Positions 1 through 11,061 of a stretch of DNA of 64,000 nt are shown here, one piece after another. The translations under genes were made by a program, and so were the position numbers. A model generated the notes under the pieces. It saw only the letters and a list, made by a program, of their open reading frames with translations. It was not told the DNA's origin and did not search any database. Position 1 is the stretch's first letter; each line of letters starts with the position of its first letter. Source of the stretch: Mizuhopecten yessoensis (Eukaryota); NCBI RefSeq assembly GCF_002113885.1, contig NW_018407282.1, forward strand, positions 1,019,469 to 1,083,468. Reading direction: 5' to 3'.

Positions 1-826
1 AAGAAACTTTCCCTAATGTACAAACTCCATAATAAACAAACACCTTCTTATTTAACTAACATTCTTCCTCCTAAAGTATGCGAACGCAATAGCTACAACT
101 TGAGAAATACTGAAAACTACACTGTTCCCAATTTCCGTCTGTCTAGTTCATTCCAATCCTTTATTCCTTCTTCTATAAGACTATGGAACGATTTACCAAA
201 TACTGTCAGAGAGCAGCCATCCGTTAACATTTTTAAATCATCGATTAAGCGTAACCAAGGTTACTTGTTGCCTATTTTTTTTTCATGTAGGAAATCGAAA
301 ACTAAATATTTTACATACACGATTGCGTCATTCATGTAGTGGTTTAAATTATGATTCGTATAGATTTAATATTGTAGGTGATCCAATGTGTGCATGTGGA
401 AATGAGTGTGAAAATTCAGTCCATTACTTTTTTGATTGTATGCTGTATATCAGACAAAGACAAATTTTGATTGATGATATCTCACGTTATTGTAATATTT
501 CTCTAAATGTTATTATGTACGGTTCTCCAAATTTGTCAGATGAAGACAATGAAAATATCTTCCATATAGTCCAAACCTGCATTAAAAATAGTAACAGATT
601 TGAAGGTCAGTAGTATTATCCTATCATCTCTCTTTCTTATTCTTCTAAATTTCTTTTCTTCCCTTTTCCCTTCCTTTCTTCTTTGTTCATATATATTATA
701 AATATATTTGTTGTTGTTGTCATGTAATCAATATAATGAAATGTATGGGAGAGGGCGTTTCTAAGTTGAGATAACTTGTGCCTAATCCTTTTTGTTGAAT
801 GACAAATAAAAAATGTTTAAATCAAA
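1..826 (+). mobile_element. 3' end of a CR1-type non-LTR retrotransposon (ORF2 C-terminus plus 3' UTR), frameshifted
   Basis: ORFs 16-339 and 323-613 join across a frameshift in the T-run at ~275-283. The joined protein reads YKLHN..PSYL..YNLR..SFIPSSIRLWNDLP..HTRLRHSCSGLN..CACG.ECENSVHYFFDC, the post-RT region and C-terminal Zn-binding motif of CR1/L2-clade ORF2. A pyrimidine-rich 3' UTR follows, ending AATAAAAAATGTTTAAATC. Confidence 0.8.
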
Positions 827-1267
827 CTTGTATTTACAGATTACAGTCAGAATACTGACTGGTAGAATGCGAAGTATGTATACATAAGATTGTGTATTTC
901 AGAGATCACATTTTGCTGGTAGTGCTATGAGAATGATGCGTTGCTAGATGGCAAAACTGGGTCAAACACTTATGATATATATATATATATATATATAGCA
1001 GAATACAAAATCTAATTGGCAGTACTCAGACGACCAAGTGCGTATGAGTGATGTAAGATTTATATATGTAGAATAAGGTAGTATACAGAATGAGAATCAC
1101 CAGATTGCTATTTTAAACATTCTTTGGAGGTTTTTTTATTCTGTTTACAGAAACAGTTTTTGAAATTTATTTTTACAACTTTCGAAAATTTCTCTGCTTC
1201 CTTTATGAACGGTGTTTTTGTCTCCGTTCAGAGGGTTGTTCGCCATTTACCACATTTGACAGGAGTG

Positions 1268-1416
1268 AGGGTGGTCAGGTGGCGCAGTGGAAAGCGCACT
1301 TTTCTTTCACCAAGGCGGCCGGGGTTCGATTCCCCGATCGGTCGTGGTAAGGGTGATTAATATAAGTTGAAATAAATTGTTTCATAATTGTTGTAAAATA
1401 AGTAAAGTTTATATTT
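1268..1416 (+). mobile_element. tRNA-derived SINE, internally deleted
   Basis: Box A TGGCGCAGTGG and box B GGTTCGATTCC. Head and AT-rich tail match the copies at ~5510 and ~59700. Confidence 0.75.
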
Positions 1417-2314
1417 CAACAAGAGTGCATTAAAACATTAACATAGTAAAACTACCAGGTAATGAAAGCAGAAACAAAATATTATACTTGTTGACGATAC
1501 CGAGTTCTTTGTTAGAAAAACCAATAAATCAAGTATTTCACGTTTTCAAATTATACCAATAAAAATCAATAACGTTCCATCTGATACATGTGTATATCTA
1601 TAAGTTGAAAAATGCTGATCCATCGTTAAATAAACAAAATGCTACAACTCTCTGAATATCTCACACTTATGAGTTAGATTGAAGCATATATAGCGGAATA
1701 GTTGAACTAATCTACAAATTGATGATATGACTTTGAAAAAAATCCTTAAACAGGATATTGATTATACAATATATATTAAGCTAATTAAATTGACAATTAA
1801 ATAATTGATAAATTATCAAACAACTTTTTATCAGTACACTAACACTTAGCCCTTAGCCAGGTATTGTAGGATCGCATATCTTTTGTTTTTGAATTCCCTC
1901 TGTAAGTAGTCGCCTTCAGTGGCCGGTGTTCCCCTTGCTGTAGGTTACACAACTGTCCCCAAATTATGGTTGGGAAGTGACTTTGAAAAGGGTTTAATTG
2001 CATTGTACTTGGCGGTTTTTAAAAATCCCTTTTTAATTACTCTTAAAATAAGAAACCAAATGTGTTAAACCTGGTGTATTTAAATGATAATTAAGTAATT
2101 TTAATGCCATAAGAGACTAAGAGTTGTCTTTCATGTTACGTAACTTTTAAATTTGTGTACCGTCTAATGTGTTTCCTCATTCCTGAATAAAACCTATGTG
2201 TAAAGAAAAACAGACCACGCCTTGTTTCAATTCCAATGTATAATGAAGATTACATGAATGCAGATCACTCAAACCAATATCGCATGGCAAAACATATCCA
2301 ACATAGCATAAGTA

Positions 2315-2732
2315 TGTAGCCGAACTGGAAGTCCCGGGTTCGAATCTCGGTGCATAATTCTTCTCCTGTTACACATGTAGCGGAACTGGGCTCGGTCGAC
2401 AGTTGGCGACCAGGTAGCTCAATTGTTAGAGCGTCGGTCTATAGTTCCGAGGGTCCCGGGTTCGAACCCCAGTATGCCCGTTGTATCTCTCTTTCTCCTG
2501 ATACAAAATTGGCGAGCCTGCCAACCCTCGTTCCAAGCACTGGGTGCATGCTTAGCAAGGGGACATCCGAACCTGAGTTGCAAGCATGCAAATGGTTGTG
2601 TCTCCAGGGGGGAAGACTAAGAAAAAGGGGAGAGGAATGACGCGGAACTGGACGAGGTCGATCATCGGCGATCAGGAAGCTCAATTAGTAGGGCGTCCGT
2701 CTAGAGTTCGGAAGGTTGCATTTCTCTTTCCC
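2315..2732 (+). mobile_element. TRIM (miniature LTR retrotransposon) with tRNA-like Pol III promoter in its LTRs (Helenus/TRIMp3-like), preceded by a deleted solo LTR
   Basis: LTR 2376-2505 (TGTAGCGG...CCTGATACA) contains box A and box B (GGTTCGAACCC). PBS TGGCGAGCCTGCCA at 2510-2523; PPT AAGAAAAAGGGGAGAGGAA at 2619-2637; degenerate 3' LTR from 2638; shortened LTR at 2315-2373. Confidence 0.75.
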
Positions 2733-2896
2733 CAAATTAAATTGAAATTGCATAAGAATTCATGTTACGTGTAAAAGTTTAAAAGTAAATCGATAAATTT
2801 TAACGAAAATGGCTGAAATTTCATATTCCTCAGGAGAGGCATATCTGCTGACAAGTACCCTATTGTAAGACATTCAGTCTCGAACCGCATGCCTGA

Positions 2897-3399
2897 TTTT
2901 TTTATACGCCCGTCGAAGACGGGGACGTATTATGTTATCACGTGAGCGGGCGGGCGAGCGGGCGGGCGGGCGAACGATGTCCGCTCGATATCTTGAGTAA
3001 TTATTAACGGATTAACTTCAAACTTCACAACAAGGTTAATTACCATGAAACCTCGGACAAGTTCGATAACCGCCATTATCCGACCATAATTTCTGGAGTT
3101 ATGCCCCTTTACTTGCCGAAACAGTGTCCGCTCGATATCTCGAGTAATTATTAACGGATTAACTTCAAACTTCACAACAAGGTTAATTACCATGAATGCT
3201 CGGACAAGTTCGATAACCGCCATTATTCGACCATAATTTGTGGAGTTATGCCCCTTTATTTACTTGCCGAAACAGTGTCCGCTCGATATCTCGAGTAATT
3301 ATTAACGGATTAACTTCAAACTTTACAACAAGGTTAATTACCATGAAAGCTCGGACAAGTTCGATAACCGCCATTATTCGACCATAATTTGTGGAGTTA
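2897..3399 (+). mobile_element. Non-autonomous Helentron/HINE (DINE-1/pearl-like) element, 3' truncated, with ~147-151 bp core tandem repeats
   Basis: Starts in a T-run with TTTATACGCCCGTC..GACGGGGACGTATTATG (subterminal palindrome), then a (GCGG)n microsatellite, then near-identical cores starting at 2978, 3125 and 3276. Confidence 0.8.
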
Positions 3400-4674
3400 A
3401 TCTAAAAGCCAGTCGAATCCGGAGAGTAGAACTATCTTGAAAACGACGTATTGAACCCCGGAAAGTTAACACTAATTATGACATTGACTCTTTCACCGAT
3501 ATGTGCTAAACATGTTGCAGAAATATAGACATTTTATGATGTAGTTTCGAGGTGTGTTCAACAATACCATAGAAGAAATTTAATCCTGAATCAAATGATA
3601 TTTTACTTAAAAATCAAAGATCCCCTAGACAAACGTTTGCTACTGTTTGGCAAAGTGATCTCCTAATTAATTAAGACATATAGGAATAAGCTATGTACTG
3701 GAAATAAACTGTGAGATGTGCTAAAAATTGGATCATTTTGCATTTGCAACTTGAAATCCGGAATATTATAAAGTTGAATAAAACTGCGCACTATAGACTA
3801 ATCTAACACAAACTGGCGTAATCTGAATAATCCAACTATGCATCATTACTCTACGAAATGAATATATGCATGTGGTCTAAATAAATAGTCCTCATTAGAT
3901 AATACTTAAACGATACTACAAAACCTAGTAGGAAATATACGATACGCGATTTGATTTCTCCTGGATCATGTTATCCTTGCCGGTACACACTCAAACCAAC
4001 CCATTTTTTCACCAAGAAACCGCACACAAACCGTACTACATTTAGAGCAAAACAGAATTAGATTTCCTCCTGTACCCACTTATCATAAAATGCTTAGCAG
4101 AGATAAGTATAGCGCTACAATAACAAAAAATAATAATACTTCAAAATATAGAAACGTAAACAACGAAAATCTGTCATAATTATGTTTAGTTTTTATTTTA
4201 AAGAGATACATAACGCCGGAAACGGTTTTTTTGCATTTTCACAGATTGACAGAGAAATTGATATACCTTAAAATCAATACATAATTAAAATATCCAACCA
4301 AAGTTGTCGATTCGTCTTGCCACCAAACACTAGAAATCTGTCCTCATAATAAATGTAAATTTGAATCGTCCCGCTGGTTCTACGCGCCATTGCTGATGAA
4401 TATTCAACAGAAGTTTCCGAAAACGAGTCACGTGATAATTCGGAACACAACAAAAATGGATAGTGAGGTAAGAAACACGTGGTTTTGTTTACGATATCAA
4501 AATCGGTATGTGGGTAATGTAACACCACCACTGTGTTTAATTCTCAAACTAAGCAAGTCTTTATGCTTAAAATATTACCTCCCATCATGTAGAATTCCAA
4601 ATCAAAGTAATTTGGCAAAGTTGGGAATTTTCAGTCGCAAGTTTTACATTTTAGCGACGAACAAAAATAGCTAC

Positions 4675-4868
4675 CTGTCGAGAAGAAAAGAAGCAACATC
4701 CTGGTTCCACCGCAACCCTAGTTCAGCCTGTTCCATCTGTTGATGTGCTCCCAATATTAACTCGACTTTAACCTGTTAGTCTGGCAAGCTCGAGTTTCCG
4801 TCGTTTCCGAGCCGAGGTTGTGTTAAATATTCAGCTGGACAACCACGTTTCGGTGCGTGTGTCGCCAT
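4675..4868 (-). pseudogene. Decayed coding exon inside the Kolobok-type element (ZNF653 N-terminal-like motif)
   Basis: Minus strand reads, with frameshifts and one stop: MATHAPKRGCP..YLT/SARKRRKLELARLTG*SRVNIG/EHINRWNRL/LGLRWNQDVASFLLDR, followed by a GT donor. Confidence 0.55.
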
Positions 4869-5046
4869 ATTGTTTTGGTTTTCGGAGGTCGGGTCATGAG
4901 CTCGGGTCATAAAGGTTACGTCATGTCACGTAGCTTGTAATTATGCAAAGTAGCCTTTTATGGGAATTTTTGCCGACCGGCATTTATTCATTTTTTTTAT
5001 CTTTATATTTACAGCTCCATGTTTGTAGAAACTTTTCAAACTTGGT

Positions 5047-5234
5047 ATTCCGTCTTTGCGTATTGCAGAGTTATCTTCTCTTGGGAGCAGGTATCGATTG
5101 TTACGTCATTGGTTTGTGTGAGAAAATTACGTCGTTTTCTCAAAAATTGATGACGTTACTCTCAAAAACAAGTGACGTAACAATCAATACCTGCTCCCAA
5201 GAGAAGATAACTCTGCAATACGCAAAGACGGAAT
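5047..5234. mobile_element. Palindromic MITE nested in the Kolobok-type element
   Basis: ~60-bp near-perfect inverted arms ATTCCGTCTTTGCGTATTGCAGAGTTATCTTCTCTTGGGAGCAGGTAT... / ...ATACCTGCTCCCAAGAGAAGATAACTCTGCAATACGCAAAGACGGAAT. Confidence 0.8.
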
Positions 5235-5509
5235 TAGCGTAAAGTTTATAACCTTCTCTATCGAGGAAAAATAAGGATTTGTGTTGGGTTCTTTTATAAG
5301 AGAGAAAGAGCTTTTCCGGCGTCATGTATCTCTTTAAATGTATTCCAGGTATGTCACACGGTATCAGTGTTTTATCCCAAATATATCAAAACCATTTCAG
5401 CACTTGGATTTAAACCTATATTTATCCCTAGAAATGTGTATATTCCCGTAAGACTTTCATTTGCCCTTTGACATTTAGCAATTTCAGGAGTCAAATAACA
5501 TTTCTCATC

Positions 5510-5690
5510 AGGGTGGTCGAATGGCGTAGTGGATATCACCTGGCCGACGACGTGGGTTTTCTCTGGGTATTCCAGTTTCCTTCCATATTAAGACCCACAT
5601 CGCGCTAATGTCCGCGCTAACAACAGTGATTCATTTAAGTTTCAACAACTTATATCATAATTGTTGTTAAAAAAATAAAGTATATATTTA
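5510..5690 (+). mobile_element. tRNA-derived SINE with V-domain-like core, partly deleted
   Basis: Head GGGTGGTCGAATGGCGTAGTGG, core GTGGGTTTTCTCTGGGTATTCCAGTTTCCTTCC, and a tail shared with the 1268 copy. Confidence 0.7.
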
Positions 5691-6754
5691 TATTTAATAT
5701 TTTCCCTTATTGTTGGAGGGTCAAATCACCTGTCAAAAAGACGTAGGTCATTTCAAAGCCAAGAGTCAAAGCTCGTTTCCGGACAAAAAAAAATAAGGGC
5801 AGTGTGTAGCAAAGAAGCAAGGGGGAAAAACGCACGCATGTGAAGCTTCGGACGGGCGGGCGCCGACGGCCTTATGAAATGAAAGGCATCTTTTGCAGCC
5901 CAACTTAATTCTACAAAATGACATAATATCAAAAGTTCATTGTACTCCCAGGTCGTGCGGAGTAGTAGAAATGAAACTCATTGCAGGCTGTCGCTAGTGG
6001 GAAAATAAACACGACGGGGCTACTCGATTCGGGTTGCATACCGGTAACATACGATATCGATCATGCTTTGCAGAACCCCTTTTACTTTTCCGGGATTTCA
6101 ATCATTTATTCATAAATGACGAATTATTTCTTCAAATATTAATTGAACTTGATTTATCTGTTCACGGTAAAAAAACATATTGATAATCTTTTGTAAATTT
6201 GACGTTTTCACCACCCAGCAGTGTGCGCAATCCGTATGACGTGTCCGTTATCTAGAATGAGGACGTGTGAGACTTATTGTATCGATATGCTATTTATAAC
6301 GATGACAGATAGATCAGGTTATTAAATACCTTTTTATCGGGTTTGGATGACTGCCCAATTATGTGTACCCGTTATAGAGACATCAATATAGAGCTGACGT
6401 GATCCACCCATTGTAACTGGTGTAGTACATGCTCCGGCCTCATGCTTGCTGTTTTTCGAAATCACAGCACTGGCACAGATTAAACATACCAAGAAATCAT
6501 AGGCACATGCACGGAAACAGAGGTTGTTCTTACTTCGTATGGGAACGGTAGTAAATGAAGATTTAGCATTAAATGATTCAATTTATAATTTTTAATGAAG
6601 TATTCAAAACGTTTATGAACGGGAAGAGCCTTAATCTGTCACTCAAACACGCGATATCACGTTACGGTTGATTGACCATGATCATAAATATCACCACATT
6701 TACTACTTATACTGAACACTCTGACCTTGGTTCACCAATTTATAACTGATAACC

Positions 6755-6757
<3 letters not shown>

Positions 6758-6785
<28 letters not shown>
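6758..6785. repeat. (AC)n microsatellite
   Basis: Direct read of an ACAC run. Confidence 0.9.
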
Positions 6786-7164
6786 CTCCCCTCTACAAGA
6801 CGACCCACCAATTACATGTGCGTGTAATGTAAATGTGTGGTGAACCTGCAGTCAGTAAATATTATAAGGACTTGTGTAAGTCTCTGTGCTTTCAAAAATC
6901 ACCCGAAGTCTATTTTTAGACATGGAACTACACAGACCGACCCACAGTGGTAATTCCCCACAGTAGTGACAGTTTCATACATACGTCATATATGCATGTC
7001 ATTGTTGTGAGTTTGTTAAACCAGTCGTCTGCATGTAGCCTGGAGTATCGTCATCTTTTACATAATTCCCGTTAATAAGTAGCTGAGAGCACATAGTCAC
7101 GGCACGCGTTATCGTTTCATCTATCTAAAAATAGAATAGTTCGCGGAATACTTCACTCATTACA

Positions 7165-7352
7165 GGGGTTTCCCCAAAACACGGAAGTCCCATATAAACA
7201 AAGCACAGTTAGAGCCAAACAAACAGTCAACACATCGACGTCAAACCAGGAGATTGAGAAATGAAGAAATCGACCAGTATGTTATGTCTGCCGATATTTC
7301 CCATATATTTTACCTCCTGCCAGAGCCCTCAACCGGTATCCGACGTCTTTTG
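7165..7352 (+). promoter_or_regulatory. Candidate TATA promoter with NF-kB/ETS sites and a short first exon
   Basis: GGGGTTTCCCC 7165-7175, CGGAAGTCCC 7182-7191, TATAAA 7193-7198, Inr-like CAGT 7224-7227, ATG 7261, donor TG|GTATGT at 7352/7353. Confidence 0.45.
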
Positions 7353-10336
7353 GTATGTATCGTTTTCTATCATTAAGTAATTCAAAGATAATGCTTATGT
7401 AATATGGTGTAATCATTTGCATAAGATGGCGGATATATATGTGTTCGTATTACTCAAGGCATATCGCTATATTAATTTTAGCGTAGCTTGAAACCTCATT
7501 CGGTTTTAACTTGTAACAAAACTGGTATTTGATATTGAATTTCATACATATGTGATTTTCAAATTGATTTAAGTCGAGATATATACAGTTAAATGGAAAA
7601 GTAAAGGCCTTGTCACGTGACAAAAATAATCGCCTTGCAGCAAGCCTCAGTCACGTGATATCAACAATCGTCTGGTCATGAAATGCCTTTTGAATGAGCT
7701 GTACATGTATGCTCGTCTGCTGCATATAACCGCACTACTCGATAGTGAAACTGACGTAATGCAATAGTACACAAACAAACAAACAAACTAGCTGAATATC
7801 TGGTATTTGTTCGGAACTGACGGACATTAATGTATATGATAGCAATGATTTAATTGTTCCACATACCAAAGCAATTCCACGGCATATTTATAGTCAGCCC
7901 CATTACTTTTGTAAAAAAATAATTCCTAATTGTTTAATTTGTGACATGGAATTTCGTTTTGTACAAGTACAACTGGTTTGTGAGTGTCAACAGCCGTCTT
8001 ATCAGGGAGAAATATGACCCTTGTTATCAACAGATAAAAGGTTACACTGCTATAATAACACGATAACACATTACGTCATGGCTTCCTCGTCTATTGTTAC
8101 AACAGAATTAACTAGTTAAAATTCAGACATCCACCTATTGCTTTCGGGTATTTTAAGGTTTCAGTAAGGGGAGCTTTTACGGAAAACAAACCAATAAGCG
8201 TTCTTCAAACACGCATTTGTCTATATTGCTGTTTGTGAATAAATGTCACCAAAACATCTAAAGTCTTTAAGGAGAGGTTTTACACTGGAAAACGTACCCA
8301 TGTGTAATGTCGCCAGTCATGGTCCATTACAACAGTAATAAGATCTGTGTGAGACAGTTGGCATGTATTTTAATTAACTGCTCTCGTGTCAAGGCTTATC
8401 AGCCCAGGCCCTGCTCATGGATATTACACAGGTGTATACTAACCCTGTAACTGTATCATAGGGCACCATAGCCATGTAGCAATACATATGTAGGTGTAAA
8501 TACTGTATTCGGAGTCTGTCATTATTTTGATTACGGCCACAACGCGTACGTAACACCATATATCTCCTGAATTTCACCAATGTCCATAGATTAATTTTCA
8601 ACCAAGGGTAGTTTGTGAGGCTTATGAAACACATATACACATGGGAGGCCATACTTAAGAAATAGGGATGCAAGTGCAATACATAACTAGAATTGTAGAC
8701 CGAGTAATCTGTCTGAACAATAATTCTGGTCGGGATGGTTCATTTTAGACCATCGATATCATGAACATATTTCTGTGGTAGATTATTCCTTATAAAATCA
8801 AAACAACGGAAGGCCATGAGCAAGCACAGAATATCAACATAGTATATACCTATACATTTCCAGCACGAAATGTCATACTCGACTTACTGTATTTATAACA
8901 TACCAGAAAATATGTAACAAAGGGTCTTTGTGTAACCGACGATCCTACCAAGATCAGGACATAGTTTACTCCATATTGTCACTGTTTCAATTGTATTTAG
9001 ATAATATGACCTAATAAAAGCAATAATTGTACTGTAGGGTACCCGTACCACTATCAAAACTGTGACTATATACGCATTGTAAGCTTTATTTACCAGCTTG
9101 TATCATAGTCTGCCTGTTTTCCTTTAAAGTTGCATGTGAAATAAATCTCAATACCCAGTTAAAGGTGGAGCTTAGCTGTCCAATAGCTTACCATACTCCG
9201 GCGGAAGTTGTTGTACACCAATAGTGTACACTAACTTCCCAAATTGGATGTTAATAATACTGCGATTTACTGTTCCTGTGCAGTATATATCGTATATATA
9301 GAGAGAGGTCTAACTCTATGCAGTAATTATGAAGAAAAACATCTCTGAACACTTCAGTTTTTCTCCGTAGTTTTAATTGTAATAAAAAACGTCAACGCGT
9401 ACATTTTTGTGCATGAAATAGAAACATGACACAAGTCACCTGAAAGCGAAAGAATAGCTCATTTTTCTAACAAAAAGTCGAGCCCATTTTTATTTAAATG
9501 TAAATATTAAACTAAAGTGTGCGTCATTATCAATCCAATCACTGAAAATTCACCGAAAGCAGTTTCCTTAATACAATGTATATAACACAAAGTCATCAAA
9601 ATCGTCTTCTTATAAATAAAGGAAATCCGTGTCTTTCAAATTGATAGTGGAAATAGCTGACGGTGTTGTTTCAAAGCTCAAATGGAAATGATGAGAAACT
9701 ACATGTAAAGGCAGGAAGTGGGGTAAGGCTTGAACTTCTAATTGATTGTTGATTGTTTTTGGCGGGAAATGTACTCCTAATTGATTGCTGATTGTTTTTG
9801 GCGGGAAATGTACGCAGGAACACAAGACAATTCTGATTGGTTCTTAGAAATTTAGTGACAGTTGATTGACGGACCATAATACAAGCCATTTATTGTATGT
9901 TTCGGTGATTTACATTGCGATCCAGGTACTCGTACCATCCATAGGCGATTTATCACAATGTTTAAGTCGACATTATTGGGGTCTAGTGTCGACCACTACA
10001 ACTTAAAATACTCCTTTATTCGAGGCGGCCGTTCATCGGGGCCGCGGGTACTTCTTTCTCTGCTTGGCGACTAGGTGCCAGCGATTGTGATATATAGACG
10101 CATGGAAATGGCTAAAGACAAAAACATTGTCTATCTTCGTCAGTGGTGTGTCTATTTCTCTATCAAAATCGAAAGGATACATGAATACGCAGGTTCTTAG
10201 ACTAATCCGCCCCTTCTGTGGACCTTAGCAATACTGCTGTTTAAATGAGCAATTTGAAATCCGATATATATATTTATAAATATTTGCATCATTTTAAGAA
10301 AGGGAACACTATAGTAACAATGCTGTGATGATATAC

Positions 10337-10431
10337 AAACCGAAACCGAAAGTAGTAAGATTGAACATAACAAAACAGAAATAACGAAACCGAAAGTGAT
10401 ACGGTGCAATATTTATCCTGAAACCAAAAGT
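10337..10431 (+). promoter_or_regulatory. ISRE/IRF-binding element cluster upstream of HELZ2-like copy 1
   Basis: GAAACCGAAAGT at 10342-10353 and 10386-10397, and GAAACCAAAAGT at 10420-10431. The first two are conserved exactly in copy 2. Confidence 0.65.
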
Positions 10432-10797
10432 CTCCCAACCAGAATCCGCCACAATACTAATTTTCTGAAAGTATATTGATACAGTGTCGATCAATACGAA
10501 TTTCCTGAGTATTGTGTAATACCTATATTCTATAAATCAAGCTACGAGATACAGTGTGTACATGATTGTCAGTTTGAAGAATACCGCTGTAATGTTATAA
10601 GGTTATTTTTTTTCAAAATAACAGTTTCATAAATTTATAAACAATAACGGACCAAGAACCGAACCCAGTCACTCCTGCATTTATTGTGTTAACAGAAGAT
10701 TTACTATCTATCAATAAGTATTTGCTGATATCGATGACATGTATTAACATAACTCATCTACCAGTTTGATGATTTGTCCGATATCCCATAACTGGGC

Positions 10798-10980
10798 GGT
10801 TTCACTTCAAGGCCCCTGTGCTCACCCTGTCAAATGCCTTAGCAACTCCACCAAATATTCGGAACAGTCAAGCTATGTAAGCGTTATGGTTTACTTAGAC
10901 GGCAATAGCGAATGTGTCAGTTACTATTTATTTTAAAGTTGTATATCAATGACATCTTCGTTATATTCTCTTTTCTTCAG
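10798..10980 (+). promoter_or_regulatory. Proximal IRF site, putative short non-coding first exon and first intron of copy 1
   Basis: GGTTTCACTTC (reverse GAAGTGAAACC) at 10798-10808, donor GTAAGC at 10877, acceptor TTTTCTTCAG ending 10980. All are conserved in copy 2 (39003, 39083, 39182). Confidence 0.45.
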
Positions 10981-11061
10981 AATTCTCTTGAACCTGCATG
11001 TACCATGTAGTGTTTGACATCACAGCGTGAAGACTGAACTATTAAAGCGTATTCTGTTACC

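Larger units (their letters stand above)
4202..5333. mobile_element. Non-autonomous Kolobok-type DNA transposon
   Basis: 21-bp TIRs AGAGATACAT(A/G)ACGCCGGAAA with one mismatch, AG...CT termini, and TTAA on both sides (4198-4201, 5334-5337). Confidence 0.75.

Noticed and set aside
2405-2480. Functional tRNA gene
   Set aside because: Box A and box B are present, but the acceptor stem is poor and it lies inside an LTR of a TRIM-like element.
2930-3223. 97-aa ORF with internal repeat
   Set aside because: It is the antisense translation of HINE core tandem repeats.
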